Shown here piece after piece: positions 8,649-20,452 of a DNA stretch of 64,000 nucleotides. The notes under the pieces are model-generated. The model worked only from the letters and a program-made list of their open reading frames with translations, was not told the origin of the DNA and did not search any database. Numbering within the stretch: position 1 is the stretch's first letter; every line of letters begins with the position of its first letter. A program made the position numbers and the translations under genes. The stretch is from positions 1,056,001-1,120,000 of the forward strand of contig CBDCCI010000002.1 of assembly GCA_965214705.1 (NCBI GenBank), in the 5' to 3' direction. The DNA is from Alphaproteobacteria bacterium (GTDB lineage: Bacteria; Pseudomonadota; Alphaproteobacteria; UBA828).

Positions 8649-10086
8649 CCTGATCCCCGAGGCGCCGGCCGACGTGGAGATCACGGGGCTCGCTTCGGAT
8701 TCGCGCGACGTGCAGCCCGGCTACATGTTCGCGGCGCTGGCCGGCACTCAGGCCCACGGGGCCGATTTCATTCCCGATGCCGTGGGGCGCGGCGCAGCCG
8801 CCGTGTTGGCACCGGAAGGCACCGACCCGGCGCTCGCGCGAGGGGTCGCCCTGGTGACGGACCCCAACCCGCGTCTCCGGCTCGCGGTCGCGGCCGCACG
8901 CTTCCACGCCCCCCAGCCCGAGGTTGTGGTCTGCGTCACCGGCACCAACGGCAAGACCTCGGTAGCGGACTTCACCCGCCAGATCTGGCGGGCCTCGGGC
9001 CGCAAGGCTGCCTCCCTCGGCACCCTCGGCGTCTGCACGGAGGGCGAATGGCAGCCGCTCCGGCACACGACGCCGGACCCGATCGAGTTGCACCGCGTGC
9101 TCGCCGAGCTCGCGGAAGACGGCATCGACCATCTGGCACTGGAAGCATCCAGTCATGGGCTCGCACAGTACCGGCTGGATGGCGTCCGCGTCGCCGCGGC
9201 GGCGTTCACCAACGTCTCCCGCGACCACATGGACTACCACCCGGACGCCGACGCCTACTTCGCCGCCAAGGCGGGCCTCTTCGAGCGAGTCATGGCCGCG
9301 GACGGGACCGCCGTGCTCAACGCCGACGACGAGCGCGTGGCGGGACTCGCGGTGCGCTGCCGGGAGCGGGGCCAGAGGGTGCTCACCTTCGGCACCGGCG
9401 AGGCGGACATTCGGCTCCTGGCGCGGCACGACACCGAGGCGGGCCAACGGCTCAGCATCGCCGTCGCTGGCGCGGTGCACGAGGTCGCCCTGCCGCTCCC
9501 CGGTGCATTCCAGGCCATGAACGCGCTGGCCGCTCTCGGCCTCGCACTGGCGACCGGCGTGGACGCGGCGGACGCGATCCAGGCGCTCCACGGCATCGAT
9601 GGCGTGCCGGGCCGGCTTCAGCGGATCTCGGGCCATCCGGCCGGCGCAGCGGTCTTCGTGGATTATGCGCACACGCCGGACGCCCTGGCCGCTGCCTTGC
9701 AGGCTGTGCGTCCGCTCATCCCCGGCACGCTGGTCGTCGTTTTCGGCTGTGGCGGCGAGCGCGACATTGGCAAGCGGCGCGAGATGGGCGAGATCGCCGC
9801 GCGTCTCGCCGACCGGGTCGTCGTCACCGACGACAACCCCCGCCGCGAGGATCCGGCTTCGATCCGCCGGGCCATTCTCGACGCCTGCCCCGGCGCCGAG
9901 GAAATCGGCGACAGGGCGCTGGCCATCCGCACCGCCATCGAAGGGCTGGGCGCGGACGACGGCTTGCTCATCGCCGGCAAGGGGCATGAGCGGCAGCAGA
10001 TCGTGGGCGAGCGCGCAATCGCGTTCGACGATGTCGGCGTTGCTCGCTGCGCCGTGGCCGGGATCGCCGGCGGGCGGGCGGCATGA
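8635..10086 (+). CDS. murE: UDP-MurNAc-Ala-Glu--meso-diaminopimelate ligase
   Basis: VTGTNGKTS, HTTPDP, EASSHGL, DYAHTPD, DNPR (DAP specificity), AGKGHE. Confidence 0.96.
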   Translation: MRLTSLIPEAPADVEITGLASDSRDVQPGYMFAALAGTQAHGADFIPDAVGRGAAAVLAPEGTDPALARGVALVTDPNPRLRLAVAAARFHAPQPEVVVCVTGTNGKTSVADFTRQIWRASGRKAASLGTLGVCTEGEWQPLRHTTPDPIELHRVLAELAEDGIDHLALEASSHGLAQYRLDGVRVAAAAFTNVSRDHMDYHPDADAYFAAKAGLFERVMAADGTAVLNADDERVAGLAVRCRERGQRVLTFGTGEADIRLLARHDTEAGQRLSIAVAGAVHEVALPLPGAFQAMNALAALGLALATGVDAADAIQALHGIDGVPGRLQRISGHPAGAAVFVDYAHTPDALAAALQAVRPLIPGTLVVVFGCGGERDIGKRREMGEIAARLADRVVVTDDNPRREDPASIRRAILDACPGAEEIGDRALAIRTAIEGLGADDGLLIAGKGHERQQIVGERAIAFDDVGVARCAVAGIAGGRAA

Positions 10087-11513
10087 GCCGGCCCCTCCAT
10101 GACGTCCCGCTGTGGACCTCGGCGGAGGCTGCCGCCGCCACCGGCGGGCAGGCGCCCGAGCCCTGGAGCGCGACCGGCGTCTCCATCGACAGCCGCAGCG
10201 TTGAGGCGGGCGACCTGTTCGTTGCCCTCGCCGGCCCCAACCATGACGGCCACGACTTCGTGCAGGCGGCGTTCGAGCGTGCGGCGGCGGCGGCGATGGT
10301 GAGCCGCCCGCCGGAGGCGCAGCCCGAGGGCGCGCCGCTGCTGCTGGTCGTGGATACCTACGACGGGCTCCGCACCCTGGCCGCCTGTGCGCGGGAGCGG
10401 AGCACGGCCCACGTCGTCGCGATCACCGGCAGCGTGGGCAAGACCGGGACCAAGGAGCTGCTGGCCGGCGCCCTCGCAGGCTGTGGCCCCACGCTCGCGA
10501 GCGCGGGCAATCTCAACAACCACATCGGCGCTCCCCTCAGCCTCGCCCGGCTGCCGCAGAGCGCCGCTTACGGCGTGTTCGAGCTGGGCATGAACCACGC
10601 GGGCGAGATCGCCCCGCTCTCGCGCCTGGTTCGTCCGCACACCGCACTGATCACCACCATCGCACCCGCCCATACCGAGGCGTTCCCCAGCCTCGATGCC
10701 GTCGCCGACGCCAAAGCCGAGATCTTCGAGGGCCTTGAGCCCGGCGGCACCGCCGTACTGAACCGGGACAACACTTATTTCGAGCGGTTGGCCACTGCGG
10801 CGTGCACCGCCGGTGCGGGAAGCATCGTGTCGTTCGGTGAGAGTGCCGATGCCGATGCGCGTCTCCTCGCCTGGCACCCCGCTGCCTCCGGCGGCACCGT
10901 GACCGCAGCGATTGACGGGGACGAGATCGACTACGAGATCGCCTTCTCCGGCCGGCACTGGGCGTTGAACAGCGTGGCGGTGCTGGCCTGCGTCCAGGCT
11001 GCCGGCGCGTCGGTGAAGCAAGCTGCCCTCTCATTGCGCACGGTCGCGCCCGTGGCGGGCCGGGGCGTGCGCCACTGTCTCCCGATTCAGGGCGGCGCCT
11101 ACGAGTTGATCGATGAGAGCTACAACGCAAGCCCGGCGGCCGTCTCCGCCGCGATCCGGACGCTCGCCGAAACAGCTCCGTCGGCCCCAGACGGGCGGCG
11201 GATTGCGGTCCTCGGTGACATGCTGGAGCTCGGTGATGAGGGGCCGCGCTGGCACGCCGAACTCGCCGACGACCTGGAAGCGGCGGGAATCGACCTCGTC
11301 TTCACCGCAGGCCCGTTGATGGCCCATCTCCACCGCGCCCTGGACGCCGCCCGCCGCGGCGCCCACGCGCCCGAGTCCGAGAGCCTGACCGACATCCTGC
11401 GCGCGGAAATTCACGCCGGCGACGTGGTGCTGGTCAAGGGCTCGCTCGGCAGTCGCATGGGGCCGATCGTGCGGCGTCTCGTCGCCGACACGCCGGCCGC
11501 TCGCCGGCCATGA
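10083..11513 (+). CDS. murF: UDP-MurNAc-tripeptide--D-Ala-D-Ala ligase
   Basis: ITGSVGKTGTKE, NNHIGAP, ELGMNHAGEI, DESYNASP, LGDMLELG, KGS. Confidence 0.96.
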   Translation: MSRPLHDVPLWTSAEAAAATGGQAPEPWSATGVSIDSRSVEAGDLFVALAGPNHDGHDFVQAAFERAAAAAMVSRPPEAQPEGAPLLLVVDTYDGLRTLAACARERSTAHVVAITGSVGKTGTKELLAGALAGCGPTLASAGNLNNHIGAPLSLARLPQSAAYGVFELGMNHAGEIAPLSRLVRPHTALITTIAPAHTEAFPSLDAVADAKAEIFEGLEPGGTAVLNRDNTYFERLATAACTAGAGSIVSFGESADADARLLAWHPAASGGTVTAAIDGDEIDYEIAFSGRHWALNSVAVLACVQAAGASVKQAALSLRTVAPVAGRGVRHCLPIQGGAYELIDESYNASPAAVSAAIRTLAETAPSAPDGRRIAVLGDMLELGDEGPRWHAELADDLEAAGIDLVFTAGPLMAHLHRALDAARRGAHAPESESLTDILRAEIHAGDVVLVKGSLGSRMGPIVRRLVADTPAARRP

Positions 11514-11534
11514 CGGGGAAAGGCGCGCCGAGCG

Positions 11535-12620
11535 ATGTTCTTCAATCTTCTCTATCCGCTCTCGGACTCGATCGGCATCTTCAACGTTTTCCAATACCTG
11601 ACGTTCCGCACCGGCGCGGCGGTTCTCACCTCTTTGCTCATCAGCTTCGCCTTCGGTCCGCCGCTGATCCGCATGCTTCGGGCACGCCAGGAGCACGGGC
11701 AGCCGATCCGCAGCGACGGACCGGAGAGCCACGCGGCCAAGGCGGGGACGCCGACCATGGGCGGAGTGATCATTCTCCTCGCCGTTACGGTCTCGACACT
11801 GCTCTGGGCCGACATGACCAACCCGCTGATCTGGGTGCTGCTGGTGGTCACGATCGGCTTCGGCGCCATCGGCTTCACCGACGACGCGATGAAGCTGCTG
11901 AACCGCAGCCATCGCGGCCTGAACATGCGCATCAAGGTCGCGGCCGAGCTGGTGCTCGCGGTGGGGGCGGTCTTCTGGGTCACGATGATCCTGGAGGCAC
12001 CGCTGGATCACGGGCTCGCGCTGCCGTTCGTCAAGTCGGTCCTGCTCGACATCGGTTGGTTCACGGTGCCCTTCGCCGCCTTCGTGGTCATCGGCTCGTC
12101 CAATGCCGTCAACCTGACCGACGGCCTCGACGGCCTCGCGATCGTGCCGATCATGATTGCCGCCGCGTGCTTCGCGCTGATCGCCTACGTGGTGGGCAAC
12201 ACCGTGTTCACGGAATACCTCCAGGTCCACCACGTGCCCGGCACCGGCGAGCTTTCGGTCTTCTGTGGCGCCCTGGTCGGCGCGGGGCTGGGCTTCCTCT
12301 GGTTCAACGCGCCGCCGGCGATGGTCTTCATGGGCGACACCGGCTCGCTCTCTACCGGCGCGGCGCTCGGCATCATCGCAGTGATGACCAAGCACGAGAT
12401 CGTGCTTGCCATCGTGGGTGGCCTGTTCGTGCTCGAAGCGGTCTCGGTGATCGTGCAGGTCGCCTCGTTCAAGCTCCTGGGGCGGCGGGTCTTCGCGATG
12501 GCGCCGCTGCACCATCACTTCGAGCAGAAGGGGGTCGCGGAGCCCACCATCGTCATCCGCTTCTGGGTGATCGCCGTGATCCTCGCCCTGATCGGGCTCT
12601 CGACGCTGAAGCTGAGGTAA
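11535..12620 (+). CDS. mraY: Phospho-N-acetylmuramoyl-pentapeptide transferase
   Basis: [38 protein letters not shown]. Confidence 0.97.
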   Translation: MFFNLLYPLSDSIGIFNVFQYLTFRTGAAVLTSLLISFAFGPPLIRMLRARQEHGQPIRSDGPESHAAKAGTPTMGGVIILLAVTVSTLLWADMTNPLIWVLLVVTIGFGAIGFTDDAMKLLNRSHRGLNMRIKVAAELVLAVGAVFWVTMILEAPLDHGLALPFVKSVLLDIGWFTVPFAAFVVIGSSNAVNLTDGLDGLAIVPIMIAAACFALIAYVVGNTVFTEYLQVHHVPGTGELSVFCGALVGAGLGFLWFNAPPAMVFMGDTGSLSTGAALGIIAVMTKHEIVLAIVGGLFVLEAVSVIVQVASFKLLGRRVFAMAPLHHHFEQKGVAEPTIVIRFWVIAVILALIGLSTLKLR

Positions 12621-12624
12621 GCCT

Positions 12625-14004
12625 GTGATCCGGGTTCCCCTCTATCGCAATCGCGCGGTCGCCGTGCTCGGGCTCGCACGCTCCGGCCTCGCCGCGGCGC
12701 AAGCACTCAGTGCCGGTGGTGCCCGCGTGCTCTGCTGGGACGACGCGCCGGATGCGCGGGCGGCGGCGCGCGACCAGGGCTTCGAGGTCCGCCCCGCCGG
12801 GCCCGAGGACGGGATCGCAGCCCTGGTGCCGAGCCCCGGCGTACCGCATTCGCACCCGATGATCGCTGCCGCGCATGACGCCGGCGTCGAGGTTGTGGGC
12901 GATATCGAGCTCTTGTGGCGCGTGCTGCCGGAACCCCGCTACATCGCTGTCACCGGCACCAACGGCAAGTCGACGACCACGGCGCTGATCGGCCACCTGC
13001 TGCATGCGGCCGGGGCCCGCCACATCCGCGTCGGCGGCAATCTGGGGACGCCGGCGCTCGATCTGACGCCGGTACCGGGGGAGGGGACCATCGTCCTGGA
13101 GCTTTCCTCCTACCAGCTCGATCTCACCGTCGAGGCGACCTTCGACATCGCCGTGTTGCTCAATGTTGCCCCCGACCATCTCGACCGTCACGGGACCATG
13201 GCGGCCTACGTCGACGCGAAGCGCCAGGTCTTCCGTCCTGGCCGGCTCGGAACCGCCGTCGTCGGCATGGACGATCCGATTTCGCGCAGCATCGGCGACG
13301 CGCTCGTGGCGCGAGACCAGCTCCAGGTGGTGCCGGTGACCGTGGAAGGCCGGGCACGCGAGGGCGTTTCCGTCGTGGATGGCCTCCTTCACGAGGACGG
13401 CGAGCCGGTCTGCGACCTCACGCACGCGAGGGCGCTGCCCGGCAGGCACAACTGGCAGAACGCGGCAGCGGCCTACGCGGCGGCGCGCGCCTGCGGGCTC
13501 GCGCCCGAGAGTCTGGTGCCGGCGCTCCTCGATTTCCCCGGCTTGCCGCATCGCATGGAGAAGATCGGCAGCGTCAGCGGCATCCCGGTCATCAACGACA
13601 GCAAGGCCACCAACGCCGAAGCTGCGGCACGGGCCATCGCCTGCTTCGATAACGTCTACTGGATCGCCGGCGGGCGGCCCAAGGAGGGCGGGCTCGACGC
13701 CATCGCGCCCCTCTTCTCCCATATCGCCCATGCCTTCCTGATCGGCGAGGCGGAAGACGGCTTCGCCGCCACGCTCGAAGGCCGGCTGCCGGTGACCCGC
13801 TGCGGCACCCTTGACCGCGCGGTGGCGGCCGCCCTCGATGCCGCGTGCAGCAACGGGCGCACGGGCACCGTGGTGCTGTTCTCGCCCGCCTGTGCGTCGT
13901 TCGACCAGTTTCGCGATTTCGAGCAGCGCGGCGATCGGTTCCGGGCACTGGTTCCCGTCGAGCCGCCCGCCGCGTCGGAGGAGGCTGCGCCGTGGACCAG
14001 GTGA
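12625..14004 (+). CDS. murD: UDP-MurNAc-L-Ala--D-Glu ligase
   Basis: VLGLARSG, SPGVP, TGTNGKSTTT, ELSSYQL, DHLDRH, NDSKATN, SPACASFDQF. Confidence 0.96.
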   Translation: MIRVPLYRNRAVAVLGLARSGLAAAQALSAGGARVLCWDDAPDARAAARDQGFEVRPAGPEDGIAALVPSPGVPHSHPMIAAAHDAGVEVVGDIELLWRVLPEPRYIAVTGTNGKSTTTALIGHLLHAAGARHIRVGGNLGTPALDLTPVPGEGTIVLELSSYQLDLTVEATFDIAVLLNVAPDHLDRHGTMAAYVDAKRQVFRPGRLGTAVVGMDDPISRSIGDALVARDQLQVVPVTVEGRAREGVSVVDGLLHEDGEPVCDLTHARALPGRHNWQNAAAAYAAARACGLAPESLVPALLDFPGLPHRMEKIGSVSGIPVINDSKATNAEAAARAIACFDNVYWIAGGRPKEGGLDAIAPLFSHIAHAFLIGEAEDGFAATLEGRLPVTRCGTLDRAVAAALDAACSNGRTGTVVLFSPACASFDQFRDFEQRGDRFRALVPVEPPAASEEAAPWTR

Positions 14005-15128
14005 CGCCCTTCTCCCGCACGGATACCAGCGTCGTCGGCCGCTGGTGGTGGACCGTCGATCGCTGGATGTTGACGGCCGTCCTGCTGCTCATGCTGCTTG
14101 GCGCGGCCCTGGCGCTGGCCTCGAGCCCCGCAGCGGCCGAGCGGATCGGCCTCGACCCGTTCCACTTCGCCCGGCAGCAACTGCTCTTCCTGCCGGTGGC
14201 GCTGGTCGTGATGATCGCCGTCTCGCTGCTCTCCCGCACCGGCATTCAGCGCATCGGCACCGCCGGCACCGTGCTCGGCATCGCCCTGCTCGCGCTCACC
14301 CTCATGGTCGGCGTGGAGTTGAACGGCGCGAGCCGCTGGCTGTCGCTCGGCGGCTTCCATCTGCAGCCGTCGGAGTTCGTGAAACCATGCCTCGCGGTGT
14401 TCCTGGCCGCGGTCCTGACGCGGCCGCGGGACGACAAGCTGCCCTACGGCATGCTTCTGGCTTCGCTGCCCGTGGTGGTCGCGGCGCTCCTCCTCGTCCT
14501 GCAGCCCGATATCGGGATGGCGGTGACGGTGGCCGCCGTCTGGTTCGTGCAGATGTTCGTGGTCGGCATGCCGCTCGTCCTTGCCGTGCTGGGCGGGGTG
14601 GCGACGGCAGGCGGTCTCGTGTTCGCCTATCACAACCTGACGCACGTCAAGGCGCGCATCGACCAGTTCATCGACCCCACGACCGGCGACACCTATCAGG
14701 TCGACACCTCGCTCCGCGCCTTCGAGGCCGGCGGGCTCTTCGGTCGGGGGCCCGGCGAGGGGGTCGTCAAGCACGTGCTGCCCGATGCCCACACCGACTT
14801 CATCTTCGCCGTTGCCGCCGAGGAATTCGGCGTCATCGCCTGCATCGTGATCATCGGGCTGTTCGGCTTCATCGTCGTCCGCGGCTTCGCCCGCGCCATG
14901 CGCGGGCGCGACCTGTTCGCGGTGGTCGCGGTCTCCGGCCTGCTCGCACAATTCGGCTTTCAGGCCCTGATCAATATGGGAGTCGCCATCAGGCTCCTGC
15001 CCGCCAAGGGGATGACCCTTCCATTCCTGAGCTACGGAGGCTCGTCGGCGATGGCGACGGCCATCGGCCTCGGGATGGTGCTCGCGCTGACCCGCGAGCG
15101 GTGGAGTGACGAAGGATATGCACGTTGA
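14001..15128 (+). CDS. ftsW: Peptidoglycan glycosyltransferase FtsW (SEDS family)
   Basis: WWWTVDR, GASRW, QPSEFVKP, QPDIG, LPDAHTDFIFA, KGMTLPFLSYGGSS. GTG start overlaps the murD stop. Confidence 0.95.
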   Translation: MTPFSRTDTSVVGRWWWTVDRWMLTAVLLLMLLGAALALASSPAAAERIGLDPFHFARQQLLFLPVALVVMIAVSLLSRTGIQRIGTAGTVLGIALLALTLMVGVELNGASRWLSLGGFHLQPSEFVKPCLAVFLAAVLTRPRDDKLPYGMLLASLPVVVAALLLVLQPDIGMAVTVAAVWFVQMFVVGMPLVLAVLGGVATAGGLVFAYHNLTHVKARIDQFIDPTTGDTYQVDTSLRAFEAGGLFGRGPGEGVVKHVLPDAHTDFIFAVAAEEFGVIACIVIIGLFGFIVVRGFARAMRGRDLFAVVAVSGLLAQFGFQALINMGVAIRLLPAKGMTLPFLSYGGSSAMATAIGLGMVLALTRERWSDEGYAR

Positions 15129-16279
15129 GAACGCCTGCGCCCAACCCTCCCATTCTCCTCGCAGCAGGCGGAACTGGCGGCCACGTGTTCCCGGCGGAAG
15201 CTCTCGCGGTGGAACTGGAGGCACGTGGCCGTCGTCTTGTTCTCATGACGGATCGGAGGGGCGTCGCCTTCGGCGACGTTCTCGGGCGCATCGAACGCCA
15301 CGCCATCGCGGCCCGCAGCCCCAGCGTGCGCGGACCCCTGGCACGCGCCATCGCCATCCTCGGCCTCGCGCGAGCGGTCATGCAGGCGGCGCGCGTGCTG
15401 CGCCGGATTCGTCCGGCTGCCGCCGTGGGCTTCGGCGGCTACCCGTCGGTGCCGCCGCTGGTGGCGAGCGGGCGGCTCGGCATCCCCAGCGTGCTGCACG
15501 AGCAGAATGCGGTGCTGGGCAGGGCCAACCGGATGCTGGCGCGTCGCGCGTCGGCCATCGCCACCTCGTTTCCCGAGACCGCGCGCATCCCCCGCAACCG
15601 GGCTGCCCTCGTTACCCATGTGGGCAACCCGGTTCGCGCTGCCATCGCGGCGCTGCGCGGGGCGGACTACGACCCGCCCGCGCCGGGCGGGCCATTCCGG
15701 CTGCTGGTCACGGGCGGGAGTCAGGGTGCGCGCATCTTCGCCGAGGTGGTGCCGGCGGCCATCGCGGCGCTGCCACAGGCTTTGAGCGAGCGAATTGAGA
15801 TCAGCCAGCAGTGCCGTCCGGAGGACCTCACCGACGTCGAGCGCGCTTATGCCGAGGCAGGGGTGGAGGCGAGGCTTGCGCCCTTCTTCGACGATATCCC
15901 GGCGCGTCTCGGCGAATCCCACCTCGTGATCTGTCGGGCGGGAGCGTCGACCATCGCGGAGCTCGCGGCGGCGGGACGCCCGGCGATCCTGGTGCCGCTG
16001 CCCATCGCTGCCGACGACCATCAGAGCGCGAACGGCCGCGCCCTGGTCGCAGCCGGCGCGGCGACCATGGTCGCGCAAAAGGAATTCACGGCCGAGCGGC
16101 TGGCTCAGGAGCTCGAGACACTGATGGCGAAGCCCGCGCAGCTGGCGCAGCAGGCGGCCGCGGCGGCAAACTTTGCGCGGCCCGATGCGGCGGGCGCGCT
16201 GGCGGATCTCATCGAAGGACTGATCAACGGGTCACTCCCCGGGCACCCGGTGCCCGAACATGCGGGGGGCGCGGCATGA
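15125..16279 (+). CDS. murG: Lipid II GlcNAc transferase MurG
   Basis: [38 protein letters not shown]. Confidence 0.96.
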   Translation: MRTPAPNPPILLAAGGTGGHVFPAEALAVELEARGRRLVLMTDRRGVAFGDVLGRIERHAIAARSPSVRGPLARAIAILGLARAVMQAARVLRRIRPAAAVGFGGYPSVPPLVASGRLGIPSVLHEQNAVLGRANRMLARRASAIATSFPETARIPRNRAALVTHVGNPVRAAIAALRGADYDPPAPGGPFRLLVTGGSQGARIFAEVVPAAIAALPQALSERIEISQQCRPEDLTDVERAYAEAGVEARLAPFFDDIPARLGESHLVICRAGASTIAELAAAGRPAILVPLPIAADDHQSANGRALVAAGAATMVAQKEFTAERLAQELETLMAKPAQLAQQAAAAANFARPDAAGALADLIEGLINGSLPGHPVPEHAGGAA

Positions 16280-17721
16280 AGGCGATGCCCTTCGCCATCG
16301 GCACGATTCATTTCGTCGGGATCGGCGGGATCGGCATGAGCGGCATCGCCGAGGTCATGCACAACCTCGGTTACCGCATCCAGGGCAGCGACATCGCCGA
16401 AAGCGCGACGGTGCGCCGCCTGCGCGGGTTGGGAATCCCGATCGCCCGCGGCCACGGCGCCGAAACCATCGGCGACGTAGCGGTGGTGGTCGTTTCCTCG
16501 GCCATCGGTGAGGACAACGTCGAGGTCGTGGCTGCGCGCGAACGCCACATCCCCGTCGTGCGCCGGGCCGAGATGCTGGCCGAACTGATGCGCCTCAAGT
16601 GGTCAGTGGCGGTTGCCGGCACCCACGGCAAGACCACCACGACCTCCATCATCGCGGCCATGCTCGATAGCGCCGGGTTCGACCCGACCGTCATCAACGG
16701 CGGCATCATCAACGCCTACGGCACCAACGCGCGGCTCGGCGAAGGCGAGTGGATGGTGGTCGAGGCCGATGAGTCCGACGGCAGCTTCGTCAAGCTTTCG
16801 GCCATCGCCGCGGTCATCACCAACATCGACCGCGAGCACATGGAGTTCTACGGCGACTTCGATGCCGTGCGCTGGGCCTACCAGTCCTTCGTGGAGAACA
16901 TCCCCTTCTACGGGGTCGCCGCGCTCTGCATCGACCATCCCGAGGTGCAGGCCCTGATCGGGCGCATCGAGGATCGGCGTACCGTGACGTACGGCATGAG
17001 CCCCCAGGCCGAGGTGCGGGCGGTCAACGTCGCGGGCGACCCGCTGGGCTCGAGCTTCGACGTTGTTATCTCCGGTTATGTCCACGAGCGCCACGGCACC
17101 ATGGAGGGCGTGCGGCTGCCGATGCTCGGCGCGCACAATGTGCAGAACGCGCTTGCGGCGATCGCCATCGGCCGCGAGATGGGCTTCTCCGACAACGTGA
17201 TCCGCCGTGCGCTCGCAGATTTCAAGGGCGTCGAGCGCCGTTTCACCAAGGTCGGCGTCGTCGGTGGGGTCACGGTGATCGATGACTACGGGCACCACCC
17301 GGTCGAGATCGCGGCCGTCCTCGGCGCCGCCCGCAGCGCTTACAGCCGACGGATCGTCGCCGTCGTGCAGCCCCATCGCTATACCCGCCTGCGCGACCTG
17401 TTCGAGGAATTCTGCTCCTGCTTCAACGACGCCGACACGGTGGTCGTCGCCGACGTTCATCCCGCCGGCGAGGAGCCTATCGAGGGGATTGACCGCGAGG
17501 CGCTGGTTGAGGGCCTGTGGCGCCACGGTCACCGCCATGTGCTGCCGCTGGAGACGCCTGACGCCCTGCCGGCACTGATCGACACTCTGGTGGAGCCCGG
17601 CGACCTCGTTGTCTGCCTGGGCGCCGGCAGCATCACCCACTGGGCGCGGGCGCTCCCCGAGGCTCTGGAAGAGCTACGGGGCGGCGCGCAGGCGGCGAGC
17701 CCGGCGGGGCAGACATCATGA
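16276..17721 (+). CDS. murC: UDP-N-acetylmuramate--L-alanine ligase
   Basis: [45 protein letters not shown]. Confidence 0.97.
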   Translation: MKAMPFAIGTIHFVGIGGIGMSGIAEVMHNLGYRIQGSDIAESATVRRLRGLGIPIARGHGAETIGDVAVVVVSSAIGEDNVEVVAARERHIPVVRRAEMLAELMRLKWSVAVAGTHGKTTTTSIIAAMLDSAGFDPTVINGGIINAYGTNARLGEGEWMVVEADESDGSFVKLSAIAAVITNIDREHMEFYGDFDAVRWAYQSFVENIPFYGVAALCIDHPEVQALIGRIEDRRTVTYGMSPQAEVRAVNVAGDPLGSSFDVVISGYVHERHGTMEGVRLPMLGAHNVQNALAAIAIGREMGFSDNVIRRALADFKGVERRFTKVGVVGGVTVIDDYGHHPVEIAAVLGAARSAYSRRIVAVVQPHRYTRLRDLFEEFCSCFNDADTVVVADVHPAGEEPIEGIDREALVEGLWRHGHRHVLPLETPDALPALIDTLVEPGDLVVCLGAGSITHWARALPEALEELRGGAQAASPAGQTS

Positions 17722-18680
17722 TCGCGCGCTCCAAGATGGCGGACTGGATCGAACGGCTGCCTGCGGTACGGGGTCGCTACGCCATCGACGTCGACCTCTC
17801 CCGCACCGTCTGGTTCCGCGCCGGCGGCCGCGCGGACGTGGTGTATCGACCGGCGGATATCGACGACCTGGCGCACTTCCTCGCAACCCGGCCCGCCGAG
17901 GTGCCGGTGACGGTGGTCGGCCTCGGCTCCAACGTGCTGGTGCGCGACGGCGGCGTGGAAGGCGTCGTCATCCGCCTGCGCCAAGGCTTTCGGGAAACGA
18001 CCGTGCGCTGGAAAGGCGCGCGCGCGCTGGTAGAGGTTGGCGCCGGCGCTCTCGACATGAACGTCGCCCGCTACTGCCGCGACCAGGGGGTGGACGGACT
18101 GGCCTTCCTGAGTGGCATCCCCGGAACCGTCGGCGGCGCGCTCCGCATGAATGCCGGCGCCTACGGGTGCGAGATGGCGGATGTCCTCGTCGAGGCGAAG
18201 GCGCTGGACGGTGACGGCGCCCTGCACGTGCTCACGCCGGATGCGATGGGCTTTTCCTACCGACACTCGGCGGTGCCGGAGGACTGGATCTTCGTCTCGG
18301 CGGTGCTGGCCGGGCTGCGCGGGGAGCCCGCCGCCATCGCCCGCCACATGGAAGAGATCAACGCCCAGCGCGAGGCGAGTCAGCCGATCCGCGCGCGCAC
18401 CGGCGGCAGCACCTTCACCAACCCCGCGGGGCATTCGGCCTGGGAACTGATCGACGAGGCCGGCTGCCGCGGGCTCACGCGCGGCGGTGCACAGATCTCG
18501 GAGCAGCACTGCAACTTCATCGTCAACGCCGGCGGCGCGACGGCCTCGGACATCGAGGGGCTGGGCGAGGAGGTCCGCCGCCGGGTCGAGGAGAAGACCG
18601 GCCTCTCGCTCCAGTGGGAAATCCGCAGGATCGGACGCCACGGCCGCTGGCCGCAGGACGGCGGGGAGAAGGCGGAATGA
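17718..18680 (+). CDS. murB: UDP-N-acetylenolpyruvoylglucosamine reductase
   Basis: [46 protein letters not shown]. Confidence 0.96.
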   Translation: MIARSKMADWIERLPAVRGRYAIDVDLSRTVWFRAGGRADVVYRPADIDDLAHFLATRPAEVPVTVVGLGSNVLVRDGGVEGVVIRLRQGFRETTVRWKGARALVEVGAGALDMNVARYCRDQGVDGLAFLSGIPGTVGGALRMNAGAYGCEMADVLVEAKALDGDGALHVLTPDAMGFSYRHSAVPEDWIFVSAVLAGLRGEPAAIARHMEEINAQREASQPIRARTGGSTFTNPAGHSAWELIDEAGCRGLTRGGAQISEQHCNFIVNAGGATASDIEGLGEEVRRRVEEKTGLSLQWEIRRIGRHGRWPQDGGEKAE

Positions 18681-19597
18681 GCGCCGCAGGCAAGCATGTC
18701 GCCGTGCTGATGGGCGGGTGGTCCGCCGAGCGCGAGGTGTCGCTGGTCTCCGGCGCCGCCGTGGAGCGTGCGCTTGCCGAGAGCGGCTATCGCGTCACCG
18801 GCGTCGACGTGACGCGCGATCTGCCGACGACGCTGGCGGAGGTCCAGCCGGACGTCGTGTTCAACGCCCTGCACGGCTCCATCGGCGAAGACGGCTGCGT
18901 CCAGGGTCTGCTCGAGGTCATGGGCCTGCCCTACACCCATTCGGGCGTGCTGGCTTCGGCCCTGGCGATGGACAAGCCCGCGGCGAAGCGGCTCTTCGCC
19001 GGTGCCGGGCTCACTTGCCCCGAGGGCCAGGTGATGTGCCGCGCCGATATCGCCGCCGGTGCCGCAGGCGAGCCCCCCTACGTGATCAAGCCCCTCGACC
19101 AGGGCTCCAGCGTGGGCGTCCACCTGGTCTTCAGCGGCGACAACGCGGCGCTCCCCAACGGCGACTGGTCCTATGGCGAGCAGGTGCTGGTTGAGCGCTA
19201 CATCCCCGGTCGCGAGATCCAGGTCGCAGTGATGGGAGAGCGCGCTTTGGGCGCCATCGAGATCAGGCCGAAGGGGCGCTTCTACGACTACGAAGCGAAA
19301 TACACCGAAGGCTATGCCGACCACCACATGCCAGCGCCCATTCACCCGGATGCCTACGCCGAGGCGCTGAAGATCGCGCTCACCGCCCACCGGGCGCTGG
19401 GCTGCCGCGGCGTGACCCGCGCCGACCTGCGCTACGACGACACGGCCGGCGAGCCGGGACAGTTCTATCTGCTGGAAATCAATACCCAGCCGGGCATGAC
19501 GCCGCTCTCGCTCGTGCCCGAGATCGCCGCCGACGTCGGCATCAGCTTCGAGGAGCTCGTCTGTTGGCTCGTGGAGAACGCCACATGCGACAGCTGA
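18677..19597 (+). CDS. ddl: D-alanine--D-alanine ligase
   Basis: GGWSAEREVSL, NALHG..GEDG, GSSVGV, YDYEAKY, EINTQPGMT. Confidence 0.96.
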   Translation: MSAAGKHVAVLMGGWSAEREVSLVSGAAVERALAESGYRVTGVDVTRDLPTTLAEVQPDVVFNALHGSIGEDGCVQGLLEVMGLPYTHSGVLASALAMDKPAAKRLFAGAGLTCPEGQVMCRADIAAGAAGEPPYVIKPLDQGSSVGVHLVFSGDNAALPNGDWSYGEQVLVERYIPGREIQVAVMGERALGAIEIRPKGRFYDYEAKYTEGYADHHMPAPIHPDAYAEALKIALTAHRALGCRGVTRADLRYDDTAGEPGQFYLLEINTQPGMTPLSLVPEIAADVGISFEELVCWLVENATCDS

Positions 19598-20430
19598 GCC
19601 TCTTCGGCACGCAAAGGCGCGATGCGCAGCCCGCGCCACGCCCGGTCGCGTCCCGCCTCGTCTCGCGGCGCGCGCTCAGGTGGGGGACGTGCGCTCTCGT
19701 GGGCGGCGTGGCGGTCGCTGCCGCGATCTGGGTCGTGCAGCCCGGTACGCTTGCAGCCGTGGGCGAGGACATCCGGGCTGGCTTCGTGTCGGCCACGGCA
19801 GGCGCGGGCATGACGGTGCAGCGAATCGATACGTCGGGGAGCGAGCGAACCCCGGCCGAGGCGATCCGCACGGCAACCGGCGTCGATATAGGCACGCCCA
19901 TCTTCGCGGTCGACCTCGCTTCCGCGCGCAGCCGGGTCGAGGCTATCGGCTGGGTCGAGAGCGCGACGGTCGAGCGGCGTCTGCCGTCCACGCTCCACGT
20001 GCACATCGTCGAGCGCAAACCAGTGGCGCTCTGGCAGCGCAACCAGCGGCTGGTCATGGTCGACCGCGCCGGAACGGAGATCGGTGCGGAGCCGATCGGC
20101 CGCTTCGCCCATCTGCCGATCGTGGTGGGCGATGGCGCGCTCCCGCACATGCCCGCGCTGCTCGACGCAATGGCAACCGATCCGGCTCTGTCGAGGCGGG
20201 TTCAGGCGGCCACCTGGATCGGTGGACGGCGCTGGACGATCCACTTCCACAACGGCCTCGAAGCCAAGCTGCCGGAGCGCGAAATCGGCGCGGCCTGGGC
20301 TCGGCTCGTCAGGGAGATCGGCGAACACCGCCTCCTCGACGAGCCGATTGCCGTGGTCGACCTGCGCCTCCCCGACCGGACCATCGTCCGCATCCGGCCG
20401 CCCGAGCCACCGGCCGACAACCGGACATGA
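19585..20430 (+). CDS. ftsQ: Cell division protein FtsQ
   Basis: TM segment plus POTRA domain (WVESATVERRLPSTL..ERKP), C-terminal VDLRLPDR; between ddl and ftsA. Confidence 0.93.
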   Translation: MRQLSLFGTQRRDAQPAPRPVASRLVSRRALRWGTCALVGGVAVAAAIWVVQPGTLAAVGEDIRAGFVSATAGAGMTVQRIDTSGSERTPAEAIRTATGVDIGTPIFAVDLASARSRVEAIGWVESATVERRLPSTLHVHIVERKPVALWQRNQRLVMVDRAGTEIGAEPIGRFAHLPIVVGDGALPHMPALLDAMATDPALSRRVQAATWIGGRRWTIHFHNGLEAKLPEREIGAAWARLVREIGEHRLLDEPIAVVDLRLPDRTIVRIRPPEPPADNRT

Positions 20431-20452
20431 CGAGACAGGGAGCGAACGCAAC